A stretch of DNA of 64,000 nt from contig CAWDRG010000017.1 in NCBI GenBank assembly GCA_963804645.1, positions 160,001 to 224,000 on the forward strand, given 5' to 3'. The notes below the pieces were generated by a model. The model saw only the letters and a program-made list of their open reading frames with translations. It searched no databases and was not told the origin of the DNA. Numbering within the stretch: position 1 is the stretch's first letter; every line of letters starts with the position of its first letter. This document shows, in pieces, positions 9,176-18,957 of this stretch. A program made the translations under genes and the position numbers. The DNA is from an uncultured Bacillota bacterium. GTDB lineage: Bacteria > Sysuimicrobiota > Sysuimicrobiia > Sysuimicrobiales > Segetimicrobiaceae.

Positions 9176-9856
9176 CTAGGCGAACAGGGCCCGACCGACC
9201 CGGATCATCGTGGCGCCTTCCTCGATGGCCGCCTCGAAGTCATTGCTCATCCCCATCGACAGCTCCGGCAGCGCCAGGTCCGCGTGCCGGTCGCGAATCC
9301 CGTCCCGCAGCTCGCGCAGCCTCCGGAAAAACGGCCGCGCCTCCTCCGGGCGCGCCACGAGCGGCGCCATCCCCATGCACCCGCGGAGCCGCAGCCCGGG
9401 GAGCCGGCTGACCTCCAGCGCGACCTGCTCCAACTCGTCCGGCGCGATCCCGTGCTTCTCGGGCTCACCGGAGATGTGCACCTCCAGGAGCACGTCCACC
9501 GGGACTCGGCCGCCGTCCCCCCCGGCCCGGCGGCTGATCTCCTCGGCCAGGCTCAGCGAATCCACCGAGTGGATCACATCGAACAGCCGAACCGCTTCCT
9601 TGACCTTGTTGCGCTGCAGGCTCCCGATCAGATGCCAGGACACGCCAGGCACCAGCGGCACCTTCTCGCGGGCCTCCTGCACCCGGTTCTCCCCCAACAC
9701 CCGGAGCCCGGCCGCCACCCCCTCCCGAATCCGGTCGAGGGACACGGTCTTGGTCACCGCGACCAACAGCACATCGTCCGGGCGCCGCCGCGCCCGCTCC
9801 GCCGCGGCTTGGATCCTGGCCCGGATCCGGGCCACGTTTGCAGCGATATCAGCCAT
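9176..9856 (-). CDS. yggS: PLP homeostasis protein YggS
   Basis: LVAVTK, GENRVQE, WHLIGSLQRNK, LSMGMSNDFEAAIEEGATMIRVG. Confidence 0.95.
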   Translation of the reverse strand: MADIAANVARIRARIQAAAERARRRPDDVLLVAVTKTVSLDRIREGVAAGLRVLGENRVQEAREKVPLVPGVSWHLIGSLQRNKVKEAVRLFDVIHSVDSLSLAEEISRRAGGDGGRVPVDVLLEVHISGEPEKHGIAPDELEQVALEVSRLPGLRLRGCMGMAPLVARPEEARPFFRRLRELRDGIRDRHADLALPELSMGMSNDFEAAIEEGATMIRVGRALFA

Positions 9857-9910
9857 AAACCGCCCCTGGCGCGCGTCGTATTCGACGGCGGGGCCTATTT
9901 CCCTCTGATA

Positions 9911-10723
9911 TCACTCGCGCACCCGAATGCACCCCGCCAGACGTCCGGTCACTCGGTCGCGCCGGTACGAAAAGAAGCGTTCCCGGTCGCACGCGGTACA
10001 GCCTCCTACCAGCTCGATCGCGTCGGGCCCAACCCCCGCCTGGAGCAGCTGCGCCCTGACCGCCGCCCGCAGATCGAGCCGCCAGTGGCCGGGCCGCGTC
10101 GCCGCCGCGACCTCGCGCCACCACGGCTGGCGGTCCATCGCGCGGGCGACGGGCTCGTCCACCTCGTAGCAGCACACGCCGATCGCCGGCCCGAGCGCCG
10201 CTCGGAGGCGGCCCGGGCGGGTCGCGAACCGCGCCCGCATGACCTCGAGCAGCCCCCCGACGATCCCGGCGGCCGTGCCCCGCCACCCGGCGTGGAGCGC
10301 GCCGACGGCGGGCCGCTCGGGATCGACGACCAGCAGCGGAACGCAGTCCGCGGCGTAGACCGCCAGCCACACGTCCGGCGCGTCGGTGACGAGCGCGTCC
10401 GCGCCGGGCACGACGGTCCCGGCCGCGTCGCCGCGGACGACGGCGACCGCGCGGCCGTGGACCTGCGCGGCCTCCACCAGCCGCTCCGGCCTGGCCGCCC
10501 AGGCGCGCGCGACGCGGCGCCGGTTTTCCCGCACCGCGTCGCGCGCGTCCCCCACGCCGTAGGAGAGGTTCAGGGCGGCAAACGCGCCGCTGCTCACCCC
10601 GCCCGCCCGCGTGGTGAAGACCGCGTGGGCGCGCCCCGTCGCCTCGACGCAGGACGCGGCGAGGAGCGGCAGTGCCGACGGCGAAGCGAGCGCCGGCGAC
10701 GGCGCATGGTCACCGGCGGTCAT
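9911..10723 (-). CDS. pgeF: Peptidoglycan editing factor PgeF (YfiH family)
   Basis: FTTRAGGVS, LNLS, QVHG, ADCVPLL, HAGWRG, GPAIGVCCYEV, FFSYRR; ATGA overlap with the phnE stop. Confidence 0.93.
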   Translation of the reverse strand: MTAGDHAPSPALASPSALPLLAASCVEATGRAHAVFTTRAGGVSSGAFAALNLSYGVGDARDAVRENRRRVARAWAARPERLVEAAQVHGRAVAVVRGDAAGTVVPGADALVTDAPDVWLAVYAADCVPLLVVDPERPAVGALHAGWRGTAAGIVGGLLEVMRARFATRPGRLRAALGPAIGVCCYEVDEPVARAMDRQPWWREVAAATRPGHWRLDLRAAVRAQLLQAGVGPDAIELVGGCTACDRERFFSYRRDRVTGRLAGCIRVRE

Positions 10724-11907
10724 ACGAGTCGTTCGCGCGCGACCGCGCTCGCGTAGTCGAGCGTGACGACGACGATCGCAATCATCCACAGGGCGGTCGC
10801 GGCCTGGCGCCACTGCAGCAGGTTGATGTACTGCAGGAGGATGAACCCGATGCCGCCGCCGCCCACGAACCCGAGGATCGTACTCATGCGGACGTTGATA
10901 TCCGACCGGTAGATGGTGAACGCAAGAAACTGCGGCACGATCTGCGGCACGACGCCGTAGCGCAAGACCTGCAGGGTGCTGGCGCCGGTGGCGGAGATCG
11001 CCTCGATCGGTCCTCCTTCGATGCTCTCGATCGCCTCGGAGTACAGTTTGCCGAGCGAGGCGATGCTGTTCACGCCCAGCGCGAGCACCCCGGCGAACGG
11101 CCCGAGCCCGACCCAGACCCCGAAGATGATCGCCAGCGCGAGCGGCTCGATGGACCGCGCCAGGTTGAAAAACGTGCGGGTCAGCCCGTAGACGAGCCGG
11201 CCGCCGGGAATGTGCCCCGTGAGGTTCTTGGCGCCGAGAAACGCCATCGGCACCGCGAATACCACGCCCATCGTGGTGCCCATAAGCGCGAGGAACACGG
11301 TCTCCACCATCCGGTCGAGGACCACGAGGAACGTCGGGCTCGGCCGGAGCGGCCCGACGCCCGAGACGATGTCGCCGTAGACGGTGTTCCGGGTGCCCAT
11401 GACGTCCGGGGTGACGAACGTCGTCGTGAATCGGCCCTGGCCGTCCGTGGTCACCGGGACCAGTTCCTGGCGCGACCCGATCTGGTTCTCCCATTCGAGC
11501 ATCCCGCTTCGGTGCGGGGCGAACCCGTCGCCGGTCGCGGTGACTCGCTCACCGGCACGTCCCGACGACTGCGACAACCGCAAAGTCGGGCCGGTCGCGG
11601 CGGCCGACGGTGCGGGTGTCTCGCCCCCGTAGTCGAACGGCGCCCCCGCCTGCTGGACCGGGTTGTCGCGGACCACGACGTCCGGGGAGCCCAGTGCTGC
11701 GACGAACGGGACAATGTTGTGAACGCCGCGCCAGAGCTCGGGCAGCTTGATCTGCGTCTCCTGCCAGCCGTAGACGTACGCGGCCAGCGCCGCGAGCGCC
11801 ATTATATAGAAGCGCCAGGAGCGGTACCACGGCCGGTAGCGGCGCGCCGCCTTGGCGCGCTCACGCGCCGACACCTGGCCGCTCGCCCCGCTGCCGACTG
11901 GAGCCAT
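10720..11907 (-). CDS. phnE: Phosphate/phosphonate ABC transporter permease with an inserted extracytoplasmic domain
   Basis: GLGPFAGVLAL, LGKLYSEAIE, DINVRMSTILGFVGGGGIG. Confidence 0.9.
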   Translation of the reverse strand: MAPVGSGASGQVSARERAKAARRYRPWYRSWRFYIMALAALAAYVYGWQETQIKLPELWRGVHNIVPFVAALGSPDVVVRDNPVQQAGAPFDYGGETPAPSAAATGPTLRLSQSSGRAGERVTATGDGFAPHRSGMLEWENQIGSRQELVPVTTDGQGRFTTTFVTPDVMGTRNTVYGDIVSGVGPLRPSPTFLVVLDRMVETVFLALMGTTMGVVFAVPMAFLGAKNLTGHIPGGRLVYGLTRTFFNLARSIEPLALAIIFGVWVGLGPFAGVLALGVNSIASLGKLYSEAIESIEGGPIEAISATGASTLQVLRYGVVPQIVPQFLAFTIYRSDINVRMSTILGFVGGGGIGFILLQYINLLQWRQAATALWMIAIVVVTLDYASAVARERLV

Positions 11908-12677
11908 CAGGTGATCTCCACCTCGAGGGCGTCCTCGCCGTAGATCGCCTTGAACCGGGTCTCATCGATGTCGGCGGGAAGGCCGTCGAACACGATCTGC
12001 CCCGCCTTGAGTGCAAGGATCCGTGTCCCGTAGCGGCGGGCGAGGCTGAGAAAATGCAGGCTGCACACGACCGTGATGCCGTCCTTGCGGTTCAGCTCCT
12101 CGATGTACTGCAGCACCGAATGGGACATCGCGGGATCGAGGCTCGCGACGGGCTCGTCGGCCAGGATCAGTTGGGGCTCCTGCATCAGCGCACGGGCGAT
12201 GCCCACCCGCTGCTGCTGGCCGCCCGACAGCGAGTCCGCGCGCGTATAGGCCTTCTCGAGGATGCCCACGCGCTCGAGGTTCGCGAACGCACGATCGACG
12301 ACCGCGGAGGCGAAATAGTTCGCGAGCGCCCACGACGGCGGCGTGTACCCGAGCCGTCCCGTGAGCACGTTGGTCAGCACAGAGGCGCGCCGGACGAGGT
12401 TGAACTGCTGGAACACCATCCCGATCTGCCGGCGAATCTCGCGCAACTGATCGGAGGACGCGGCGGTCACGTCGCGGCCCTCGAAGAGAATGCGGCCCCC
12501 GCTCGGTTCGATCAGACGGTTGATGCAGCGCATGAGCGTGGATTTGCCCGAGCCGGACAGCCCGATCACGACCAGAAACTCCCCGCGCGCCACCTCGAAC
12601 GAGACGTCGGACAGGGCCCGCGTCCCGTCCGGATACACCTTGGTCAGGTGCTCGACCGTCAGGACGAGCTCAGCCAC
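11907..12677 (-). CDS. phnC: Phosphonate ABC transporter ATP-binding protein
   Basis: GLSGSGKST, LSGGQQQRVGIARAL, LADEPVASLDP. Confidence 0.92.
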   Translation of the reverse strand: MAELVLTVEHLTKVYPDGTRALSDVSFEVARGEFLVVIGLSGSGKSTLMRCINRLIEPSGGRILFEGRDVTAASSDQLREIRRQIGMVFQQFNLVRRASVLTNVLTGRLGYTPPSWALANYFASAVVDRAFANLERVGILEKAYTRADSLSGGQQQRVGIARALMQEPQLILADEPVASLDPAMSHSVLQYIEELNRKDGITVVCSLHFLSLARRYGTRILALKAGQIVFDGLPADIDETRFKAIYGEDALEVEIT

Positions 12678-12727
12678 GGGGCCGTCCTGCGCCGAGGGCC
12701 GAGCCGCGGCGCCGGGACTGCGCAGGC

Positions 12728-12767
12728 GCGCGGCTCCGGCCGGCCGTCGAGCCCGGCGGAGCCGCGT
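12728..12767 (-). other. GC-rich stem-loop between phnD and phnC (probable mRNA-stabilising hairpin)
   Basis: CGCGGCTCCG...CGGAGCCGCG inverted repeat, no U-tract. Confidence 0.4.
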
Positions 12768-12782
12768 GCGGGAAGACCGATC

Positions 12783-13745
12783 TCAGTGGGGCGGCGCGAT
12801 CAACTGCTCGAGGTTCACGCCGGCGTACGTCGCGACGTCCCGGACGGGATTGTAGAACGCGTCCAGATTCGAGACCTTGATCCCGTATTTCGTGACGAGC
12901 GTCTGGTAGTCGGCGAGGGTCTCGATCCCGTAGGCGTCCTTGAGCGCGTCGATCCCGGCCGGCGTCTGCGAGAACCGCAGCAGCGCCACCGCGATCCGGT
13001 CCTTTACGTCCTGCGGCAGCGACTTCCGGAAGCTCACGGTGTCGTTCGGGATCGGATCGGACTTCCACACGACCTTCAGCTTCTGCATCACGTCGGGCAG
13101 CTGCTTCTGCATGTCCGCGCGCGCGTCCTCATACACCGCCCCGGCGTCGGCGCGGCCCTGGTACACCGCGACCACCACGTTCGGGTGCGAGCCGGCGAAC
13201 ACGGTCTGCCCGAAGAACTTCGCCGGATCGTACCCGGCCTTCTTGAGCCCGGCGAGCGGGAACAGGTAGCCGGAGGTGCTTGCGGGGTCCACGAACGCGA
13301 AGCGCTTCCCCTGCAGATCGGCCAGGCCGTTGATGCCGGAGCTGCTGCCCGCGATGATCTCGGACCGGTAGTACGGGGTGCCGAAGCGGACGGCGACCAG
13401 GCGCACTTCCACGCCGTACTTCTGGTGCGCGATCACGTACGCGAACGTGCTGAGCCACGCCACATCCGCGCGTCCCGCGCCCATCGCCTCGATCACGCCG
13501 GCGTAGCTGGTCGCGACGAACGCCTGGAACTTGTAGCCCGTCATCGTGCCGAGCAGGTCGGCGATCCGGCTGCCCGACGCGAGGATCGCCGCGGATTGGC
13601 CGGACGGCACGAACGCCATGACGAACGTCGGCGTCTGCGCCGGGGCGGACTGGGGACCGGCCGCGATCGAGGCGGCGACCAGGGCGAGCAGAGCACTCAC
13701 GATCAGCAGGCGTCGGGCGGTCAACACGAGGGCGGCCTCCTTCAT
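12783..13745 (-). CDS. phnD: Phosphate/phosphite/phosphonate ABC transporter substrate-binding protein
   Basis: Signal peptide; SYAGVIEAM, FVDPASTSGYLFP, FAGSH, IPND. Confidence 0.9.
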   Translation of the reverse strand: MKEAALVLTARRLLIVSALLALVAASIAAGPQSAPAQTPTFVMAFVPSGQSAAILASGSRIADLLGTMTGYKFQAFVATSYAGVIEAMGAGRADVAWLSTFAYVIAHQKYGVEVRLVAVRFGTPYYRSEIIAGSSSGINGLADLQGKRFAFVDPASTSGYLFPLAGLKKAGYDPAKFFGQTVFAGSHPNVVVAVYQGRADAGAVYEDARADMQKQLPDVMQKLKVVWKSDPIPNDTVSFRKSLPQDVKDRIAVALLRFSQTPAGIDALKDAYGIETLADYQTLVTKYGIKVSNLDAFYNPVRDVATYAGVNLEQLIAPPH

Positions 13746-13842
13746 CTGTTTATCGCGCGCCGCGAAAGTTCTGCCGTCCGCGACCGTTCTCCTGCCGTCA
13801 GACCGCGCCGAAGATGAGTCGAAGATTAACGGAGGATGAAGG

Positions 13843-14982
13843 CTACGCGCGTCCGGTGCCCGACATCACGGCAGCCGTGCGGAGGACCGCGTCGGCGAGC
13901 AGGTGCAGCCCGGGAAGGACGGTTGCCGTGTCGAGCCATTCGTTCGGCGAATGCACCTGGCCGCCGCCGGAGATCCCCATCGCGACGGCGGGAATCCCGA
14001 GCGACAGCGGGATGTTGGCGTCCGTGCTGGACGCGGTCAGCGTGGCGTCGAGGCCGTGGGCGCGGTGCACCTCGCGCAGCGCGACCACGAGCGGGTGGGC
14101 CGGGTCGAGCCGGCCGGCGGGCCGATCACTGATGACCGTGGTCGTCGCGCGCGCGCCGGGTTCCGCCGCTTCGCGGACGAGCCGATCCAGCGCGGCGGCA
14201 AGGCCGTCCACGCGGGCGGTCTCCATCGAGCGAAAATCCACCTGCATCTCGGCCGACGCGGCGATGGCGTTCACGGAAGTGCCGCCGCGCACGACCCCGA
14301 TGTTCAGCGTGGTCTTGGGATCCGCCGGCAGCGACTGCTGCGCCAGCCCGTGGATCACCGACGCGAGGCGATGAATCGCGTTCGGAGCCCCGTAGTCGCC
14401 CCAGCTGTGCCCGCCGTCGGTCTCGAACCGCACCAAGAACCGCCGCACCGCGATGCCCTGATGCACGATCTGCCCCGCAGGCCCGTCGACGAGCAGCATC
14501 GCGTCCGGGCGGGATTCCTCCGGTCGCAGCCGGTGGCGCATCCCGCGCAGGTCGCCGAGCCCCTCCTCCCCGGTATCCGACACGAACTCGAGCGTACAGG
14601 GGACCGTGACGCCAGCCTCCCGCATCGCCCGTGCGAGGGTGATCACCGCGGCGACGCCGGCCGAGTTGTCGCGCACGCTCGATCCCGACAGACGCGACCC
14701 CTCGCGGCGCGGCGGCTGATGGGCCTCCTTCGGGTAGACCGTGTCCATGTGGGCCGCGACCACGACGAGCGGGCCGCCCCGGCCCCCCGGATAGGTCCCG
14801 CGCACGTTGCCGGCCGCATCCACGGTCACGCCCGCGAGTCCCACCTCGCGGAAGCGCTCCAGAATGTACGCTCCGCGCTCGGCCTCACCGAAGCTCGGCG
14901 CCGGGATCGCGGCGATCGCCTTAATGAGCGAGAGATGGCCTTCCGCGCTGCGGTCCAAGAGCGCGTGGACATCCGGCATCAC
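13843..14982 (-). CDS. M20/M25/M40 family metallopeptidase
   Basis: AHMDTV, DNSAG, GEEGLGDLRG, GGHSW, STDAN, HSPNEW. Confidence 0.88.
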   Translation of the reverse strand: MMPDVHALLDRSAEGHLSLIKAIAAIPAPSFGEAERGAYILERFREVGLAGVTVDAAGNVRGTYPGGRGGPLVVVAAHMDTVYPKEAHQPPRREGSRLSGSSVRDNSAGVAAVITLARAMREAGVTVPCTLEFVSDTGEEGLGDLRGMRHRLRPEESRPDAMLLVDGPAGQIVHQGIAVRRFLVRFETDGGHSWGDYGAPNAIHRLASVIHGLAQQSLPADPKTTLNIGVVRGGTSVNAIAASAEMQVDFRSMETARVDGLAAALDRLVREAAEPGARATTTVISDRPAGRLDPAHPLVVALREVHRAHGLDATLTASSTDANIPLSLGIPAVAMGISGGGQVHSPNEWLDTATVLPGLHLLADAVLRTAAVMSGTGRA

Positions 14983-15113
14983 TGTTCCCTCCGGTGGCGC
15001 GGGCTAGGCGTCGGGTTCGGTGCGGTCGCGCAATGTCCTCCGGCTCGGTGCCGGAGTGATGCGGCACGGGCCGGCGACGTCCCGAACGCGGATCGCTGCG
15101 GTCGTCGCTCCGA

Positions 15114-15731
15114 TCACCCGAGCGGCACGCCTGGCCGTCGGCGGAGCAGCACGTAGACGCTCAGCGCCAGGGCGGACGCGGCGAGCGCCGCCGCCCACAC
15201 CGTGCGCAGGTCGAGGCGGGCCCCCGGACCGACCCCGGCCCCCGGTACGAGCGGGGAGACCACGAAGACGATCGTGCCGACGATGAGCGCCGCTCGGATC
15301 TCTCGGAGCGTCACCGTGTTGGCGAACCGGCCGAGCTTCGCCTTCGCCGCGAGGAGCCCAACGACGAGGAACCCGCACCCGGCGGCCGCGGACGCCTGCC
15401 CGGCGCCGACCAGCATGCCGAGCAGCGCGGTCGAGAGCATCACCACCGAGGTCGTCAGCTCGAGCGATCGGTCGATCCAGAGGCTCCGGACATTCAGCGC
15501 CGCGACGACGGGGATCAGCAGCGCGAAGAGCACGTACGCATCGGCCGGATCCAGCTGCCACGCGAGGGTGCTGACGAACGCGAGGCCCCCGAACGTTCGG
15601 ACGCCAACCACCTTACCCGCCGCGCGCCGCTCCAGCCCGAGGGAGAGCCCGAACGCCAGCGACAGCGCAAGCTGTGCCGCGGCGGGCCACGACGCGTGCC
15701 ACGGACCCGGCACGGCGATCGGCAAGGTCAA
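15114..15731 (-). CDS. MgtC/SapB-like (DUF4010-associated N-terminal type) membrane protein, short form
   Basis: LAFGLSLGLER...GVRTF...ELTTSV; TTG start overlapping the upstream TGA. Confidence 0.7.
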   Translation of the reverse strand: MTLPIAVPGPWHASWPAAAQLALSLAFGLSLGLERRAAGKVVGVRTFGGLAFVSTLAWQLDPADAYVLFALLIPVVAALNVRSLWIDRSLELTTSVVMLSTALLGMLVGAGQASAAAGCGFLVVGLLAAKAKLGRFANTVTLREIRAALIVGTIVFVVSPLVPGAGVGPGARLDLRTVWAAALAASALALSVYVLLRRRPGVPLG

Positions 15732-16768
15732 GCCGGCGACGCGCCGGTGGTCCCGAGGAAGACCCCGTGCGGCGAGTGCTGCGTCCGGAACGTCCCGACG
15801 ATGCGCAGCGTGTGCGCGTCCACCACGGTCCCGATGTCGGCGTAGCGGCCGGACACCCACAGGTGGCGCCCGTCCGCGCCGAGCATCGGCATGTCGGGGC
15901 CGCCCGCCACGTGGAACTTCTCGAGCACGCGGCCGGAGGCGACCTCGAACACGCTCACGGTGTTCTCCCCGCGGTTGGTGACGAAGATGTATCGACCGTT
16001 CTGGGTCATGATCATCTCGTGGGTGTCGGTCCCGCTGTGGACGCGCCGCACGAACCGCCAGGTGTCGGTCTCAAAGATGCTGATCGTGCCGGCGTGCCCG
16101 CTGGACACGAACATCTGCCGCCCGTCCTGCGAGATGTTGATCCCCGCCGGAAACGGATCGACGCGCAGCAGGTGGGCGATCGAGAGCGTGTCGGTGTCGA
16201 TCACGGAGACGGTGTCCGCGAGCTGGTTCGAGTTGACGAACCAGCGGCCGTTGGGGGAGAGCGCGTAGTGGCTCGGCGCGCTGCCCGTCTCGAGGCGCCG
16301 CACCCGCGTGAACGTCTTGGCGTCGTGGACCTCGACGAACGTGTACCGGTACGCCAGCTTGAACAGATGCCGGCCGTCCTTCGTGAAGGTCACGTTGTAC
16401 GGATCGAGGATCGGGATGTGCCGCACGGGCCGCAGCGTGGCCAAATCGAGTTCGATCATCTCGTTGCTCGTGGTGTCGCACGAATAGACGCTCCGGCCGC
16501 TCTGGCTGAGGTGGAACTTGTGCGGCTCCCGGCCGACCGGCATCGTCGAGAGCGGCTCGAACGTGCTCGCGTCGACGATCGTGAGCGTGTTGCTCATGCT
16601 GTTGGCGATCAGCGCGATCGGGCGCCCGGACGCGGCCCCGGCACGCGGCGGCGCGCTCCCGGCGGCGAGCCCGGCACCGACCATCGCGGCGCCCAGCAGG
16701 AAGCGGCGCCGCGTCAAGGGCGGCGTCGAGGTCGGTGACGATCTATGCTGCGACGCATGCGACGACAT
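15728..16768 (-). CDS. Tat-exported YVTN/YncE-type beta-propeller protein
   Basis: TRRRFL Tat motif; repeats such as YIFVTNRGENTVSVFE and FVNSNQLADTVSVID. Confidence 0.85.
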   Translation of the reverse strand: MSSHASQHRSSPTSTPPLTRRRFLLGAAMVGAGLAAGSAPPRAGAASGRPIALIANSMSNTLTIVDASTFEPLSTMPVGREPHKFHLSQSGRSVYSCDTTSNEMIELDLATLRPVRHIPILDPYNVTFTKDGRHLFKLAYRYTFVEVHDAKTFTRVRRLETGSAPSHYALSPNGRWFVNSNQLADTVSVIDTDTLSIAHLLRVDPFPAGINISQDGRQMFVSSGHAGTISIFETDTWRFVRRVHSGTDTHEMIMTQNGRYIFVTNRGENTVSVFEVASGRVLEKFHVAGGPDMPMLGADGRHLWVSGRYADIGTVVDAHTLRIVGTFRTQHSPHGVFLGTTGASPA

Positions 16769-17515
16769 CTAGGGTGTGCCTCCCCTGACAAACTCCGTGA
16801 TCGGGACGAACTCGATCCCGGCCGCCTGAAACGCGGGGAGCATCCGTGCGACCACCTCCGGCGTCCCCGTCGTGATATGCGCGGCGGCGACCGCCCATCC
16901 CTGCCGCTGCGCGGTCGCGATCAGCGCGCGGACCTTGCCGGGGATGTCCACCGGCGGGTCGTCGAGGTACGTCAAGACCAGCACGCTGCGCATCCCCAGC
17001 TGCTGGGCCATCATCGTCGCGACGGAGGCCGCGTTGGTGCGGTTCTCTTCGAACCACAGGTGGCGGGCCCGCACCACGTCGAGCACGTCGGTCATGACGC
17101 GGACGTCGGCGGTGCCGCGCGACCCTGCGTGGTTGCTCACGCCGACGACTCCGGGCACGCTGTCGAGGTCGCCGGCGACGACGCGGGTGATCTCGGCGTC
17201 GGTCATGCGCACCCACACGACGCCGGTCACCGGCCCGAGGTCCGCCGGATGAAACGGTTCGATCGGCAGGTGCAGGATGGGCGTCAGGCCGTGCGCCGCC
17301 GCGTCGCGCACGATCTGCGCCGAGTACCGCATGTGCGGAAAAATCCCGAGCCCGAACGGCTCCCGCATCGCGTAGATCGGCGCGAGCTGGTCGAGGCTCT
17401 CACCGGCGTGCTCGAATACGAGCGCCACGCGTGGACGGGTCCCCGGCGCGGCCGGGACGCCGACCACGAGCACGCAGAGCACGGTCAGACAGACGCGCAA
17501 CAGCCGGGACAGCAT
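16769..17515 (-). CDS. Divergent polysaccharide deacetylase family protein (YibQ-like)
   Basis: Signal peptide; ILHLPIEP, GVSNHAGS, YLD, GWAVAAAH. The first motif reads FEHAG instead of IDDxG. Confidence 0.8.
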   Translation of the reverse strand: MLSRLLRVCLTVLCVLVVGVPAAPGTRPRVALVFEHAGESLDQLAPIYAMREPFGLGIFPHMRYSAQIVRDAAAHGLTPILHLPIEPFHPADLGPVTGVVWVRMTDAEITRVVAGDLDSVPGVVGVSNHAGSRGTADVRVMTDVLDVVRARHLWFEENRTNAASVATMMAQQLGMRSVLVLTYLDDPPVDIPGKVRALIATAQRQGWAVAAAHITTGTPEVVARMLPAFQAAGIEFVPITEFVRGGTP

Positions 17516-17611
17516 CGCCGACCTTCACGGCTCCTTTCGCTCGGCGGGCACCGTGCCGCTCTCAGTATCGGCCACCACGTGCGACGTGTCCAGACCTGCC
17601 GGACGGCGGGC

Positions 17612-18481
17612 CTACCGGATCACGAGGGCGACGAGCCCGACGAACATCGCCGCCGCCGCGGCGACGCGCCGGCGGGCGTCCCCCTCCGCCAACAGCCGCG
17701 CGCCCATCAGGGTGCCGACCAGGATGCTGATCTCGCGCGCCGGCGCCACGTAGATCACCGGCGTGAACACGAGCGCGGTCAGCACCAGGATGTACGCGAG
17801 CGGGCTGAGCACGCCGGTCCCGATCAGCTCCCATCGCCGCGCGGCCCACAGCTCGCGAACGGTCGACCACCGCGCGGCGGCGACCGGCGTCAGCGCGATC
17901 GCGCGCCCGAGATCCCCACTCCACTCGTACAGGATCGGCGGGATCGCCAGCACAGTGACCGCGCGCTGATCCCACAGCGTGTAGGCGGCGATCACCACCC
18001 CGATGGCGCAGGCGTACGCGACCGCGTGCCGCAGATCAGGCCGCCGCACCGGCCCGTGCGTCCCGGCCAGGAGGAGCACGCCCGCCACGATCAGGAGGAT
18101 CCCGACGATCCCGATCGGCGTGGGCCGCTCCCCGAGGAACGCGATCGCAGCCGCCGCGGACAGCAGCGGTCCCGTCCCGCGCGCGATGGGGTACACCAGC
18201 GAGAGATCGCCGACCGCGTACGCCCCCTGCAGCATGAGGAAGTAGACGACGTGGAAGCCAACGGTGCCCGCGATGAACGCCCACTGAATCCATCCTAGGT
18301 GCGGCCGCTGCCAGAGGATCACCGCGGCCGCGAGCGGGGCGTAGAGGACCGCCGACACCCAGCCGGTCAGCCAGACGAACGCCGCGCCGCCCCCGGCCCG
18401 CTTCAGCAGCAGGTTCCAGGTGGCGTGCGCCGCCGCCGCCGCCAACACCAATCCGAGCGCCGCGGGAGTCACGGCGGTCAT
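17612..18481 (-). CDS. EamA/DMT family transporter (true start may be GTG 18472)
   Basis: HATWNLLLK, GDLSLVYPIARGTGP, VAPAREISI; about 10 TM helices. Confidence 0.9.
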   Translation of the reverse strand: MTAVTPAALGLVLAAAAAHATWNLLLKRAGGGAAFVWLTGWVSAVLYAPLAAAVILWQRPHLGWIQWAFIAGTVGFHVVYFLMLQGAYAVGDLSLVYPIARGTGPLLSAAAAIAFLGERPTPIGIVGILLIVAGVLLLAGTHGPVRRPDLRHAVAYACAIGVVIAAYTLWDQRAVTVLAIPPILYEWSGDLGRAIALTPVAAARWSTVRELWAARRWELIGTGVLSPLAYILVLTALVFTPVIYVAPAREISILVGTLMGARLLAEGDARRRVAAAAAMFVGLVALVIR

Positions 18482-18527
18482 TGTAACAGACGACCGCCTT
18501 GACCGGTGTTCGGGGGCCTGTCACTAT
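18480..18527. promoter_or_regulatory. Back-to-back sigma70 promoters, both apparently leaderless
   Basis: Plus: TTGACC(18499)-17 nt-CACTAT(18522) with TG, GTG 7 nt later at 18535. Minus: TG-n-TACAAT(18485-18480), GTG 7 nt later at 18472. Confidence 0.6.
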
Positions 18528-18534
18528 GTGGGTT

Positions 18535-18957
18535 GTGCGAATCCGCAAGGCGCTCTCGCTGGCGTTCCTCGGTGTTGCCGCCGCCGCGCTGCTGGCGTCC
18601 GGCGGCGAGCGAGACCCGGCTCACATGCACGTCGTCATCGGCGGCACGCCCGCGCAGCGCGCCCAGGCGCTCGCGGCGCACTTGGCCGGCGAACTCTCGG
18701 GTCAGGATGACGGACCCACATTCGGCGTGCCGCAGGCGCTCGCCGGCGGCGCCGGTCACGTCCGCGTGGTATCGGTCGGCGCCTCGGACGGCGGCGGACC
18801 CGCCGTCCTCAGCAGCGGAAACGGCGTCGATTTCACCGCGCCGGCCCTGGCGTGGCTCCCGGCGCCGGGTGTGACGAGTCCGTCGCGCGTCGGGTTGCCC
18901 GCCGTGCTCACGAACGCCTCCGTGCCCGCGTCGGATCCACCTCCCCGCCCCGTCTAG
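18535..18957 (+). CDS. Hypothetical exported leader protein (signal peptide, HMH motif, C-terminal DPPPR); candidate arrest peptide
   Basis: ORF 18499..18957; promoter directly upstream; first gene of the copper operon. Confidence 0.65.
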   Translation: MRIRKALSLAFLGVAAAALLASGGERDPAHMHVVIGGTPAQRAQALAAHLAGELSGQDDGPTFGVPQALAGGAGHVRVVSVGASDGGGPAVLSSGNGVDFTAPALAWLPAPGVTSPSRVGLPAVLTNASVPASDPPPRPV

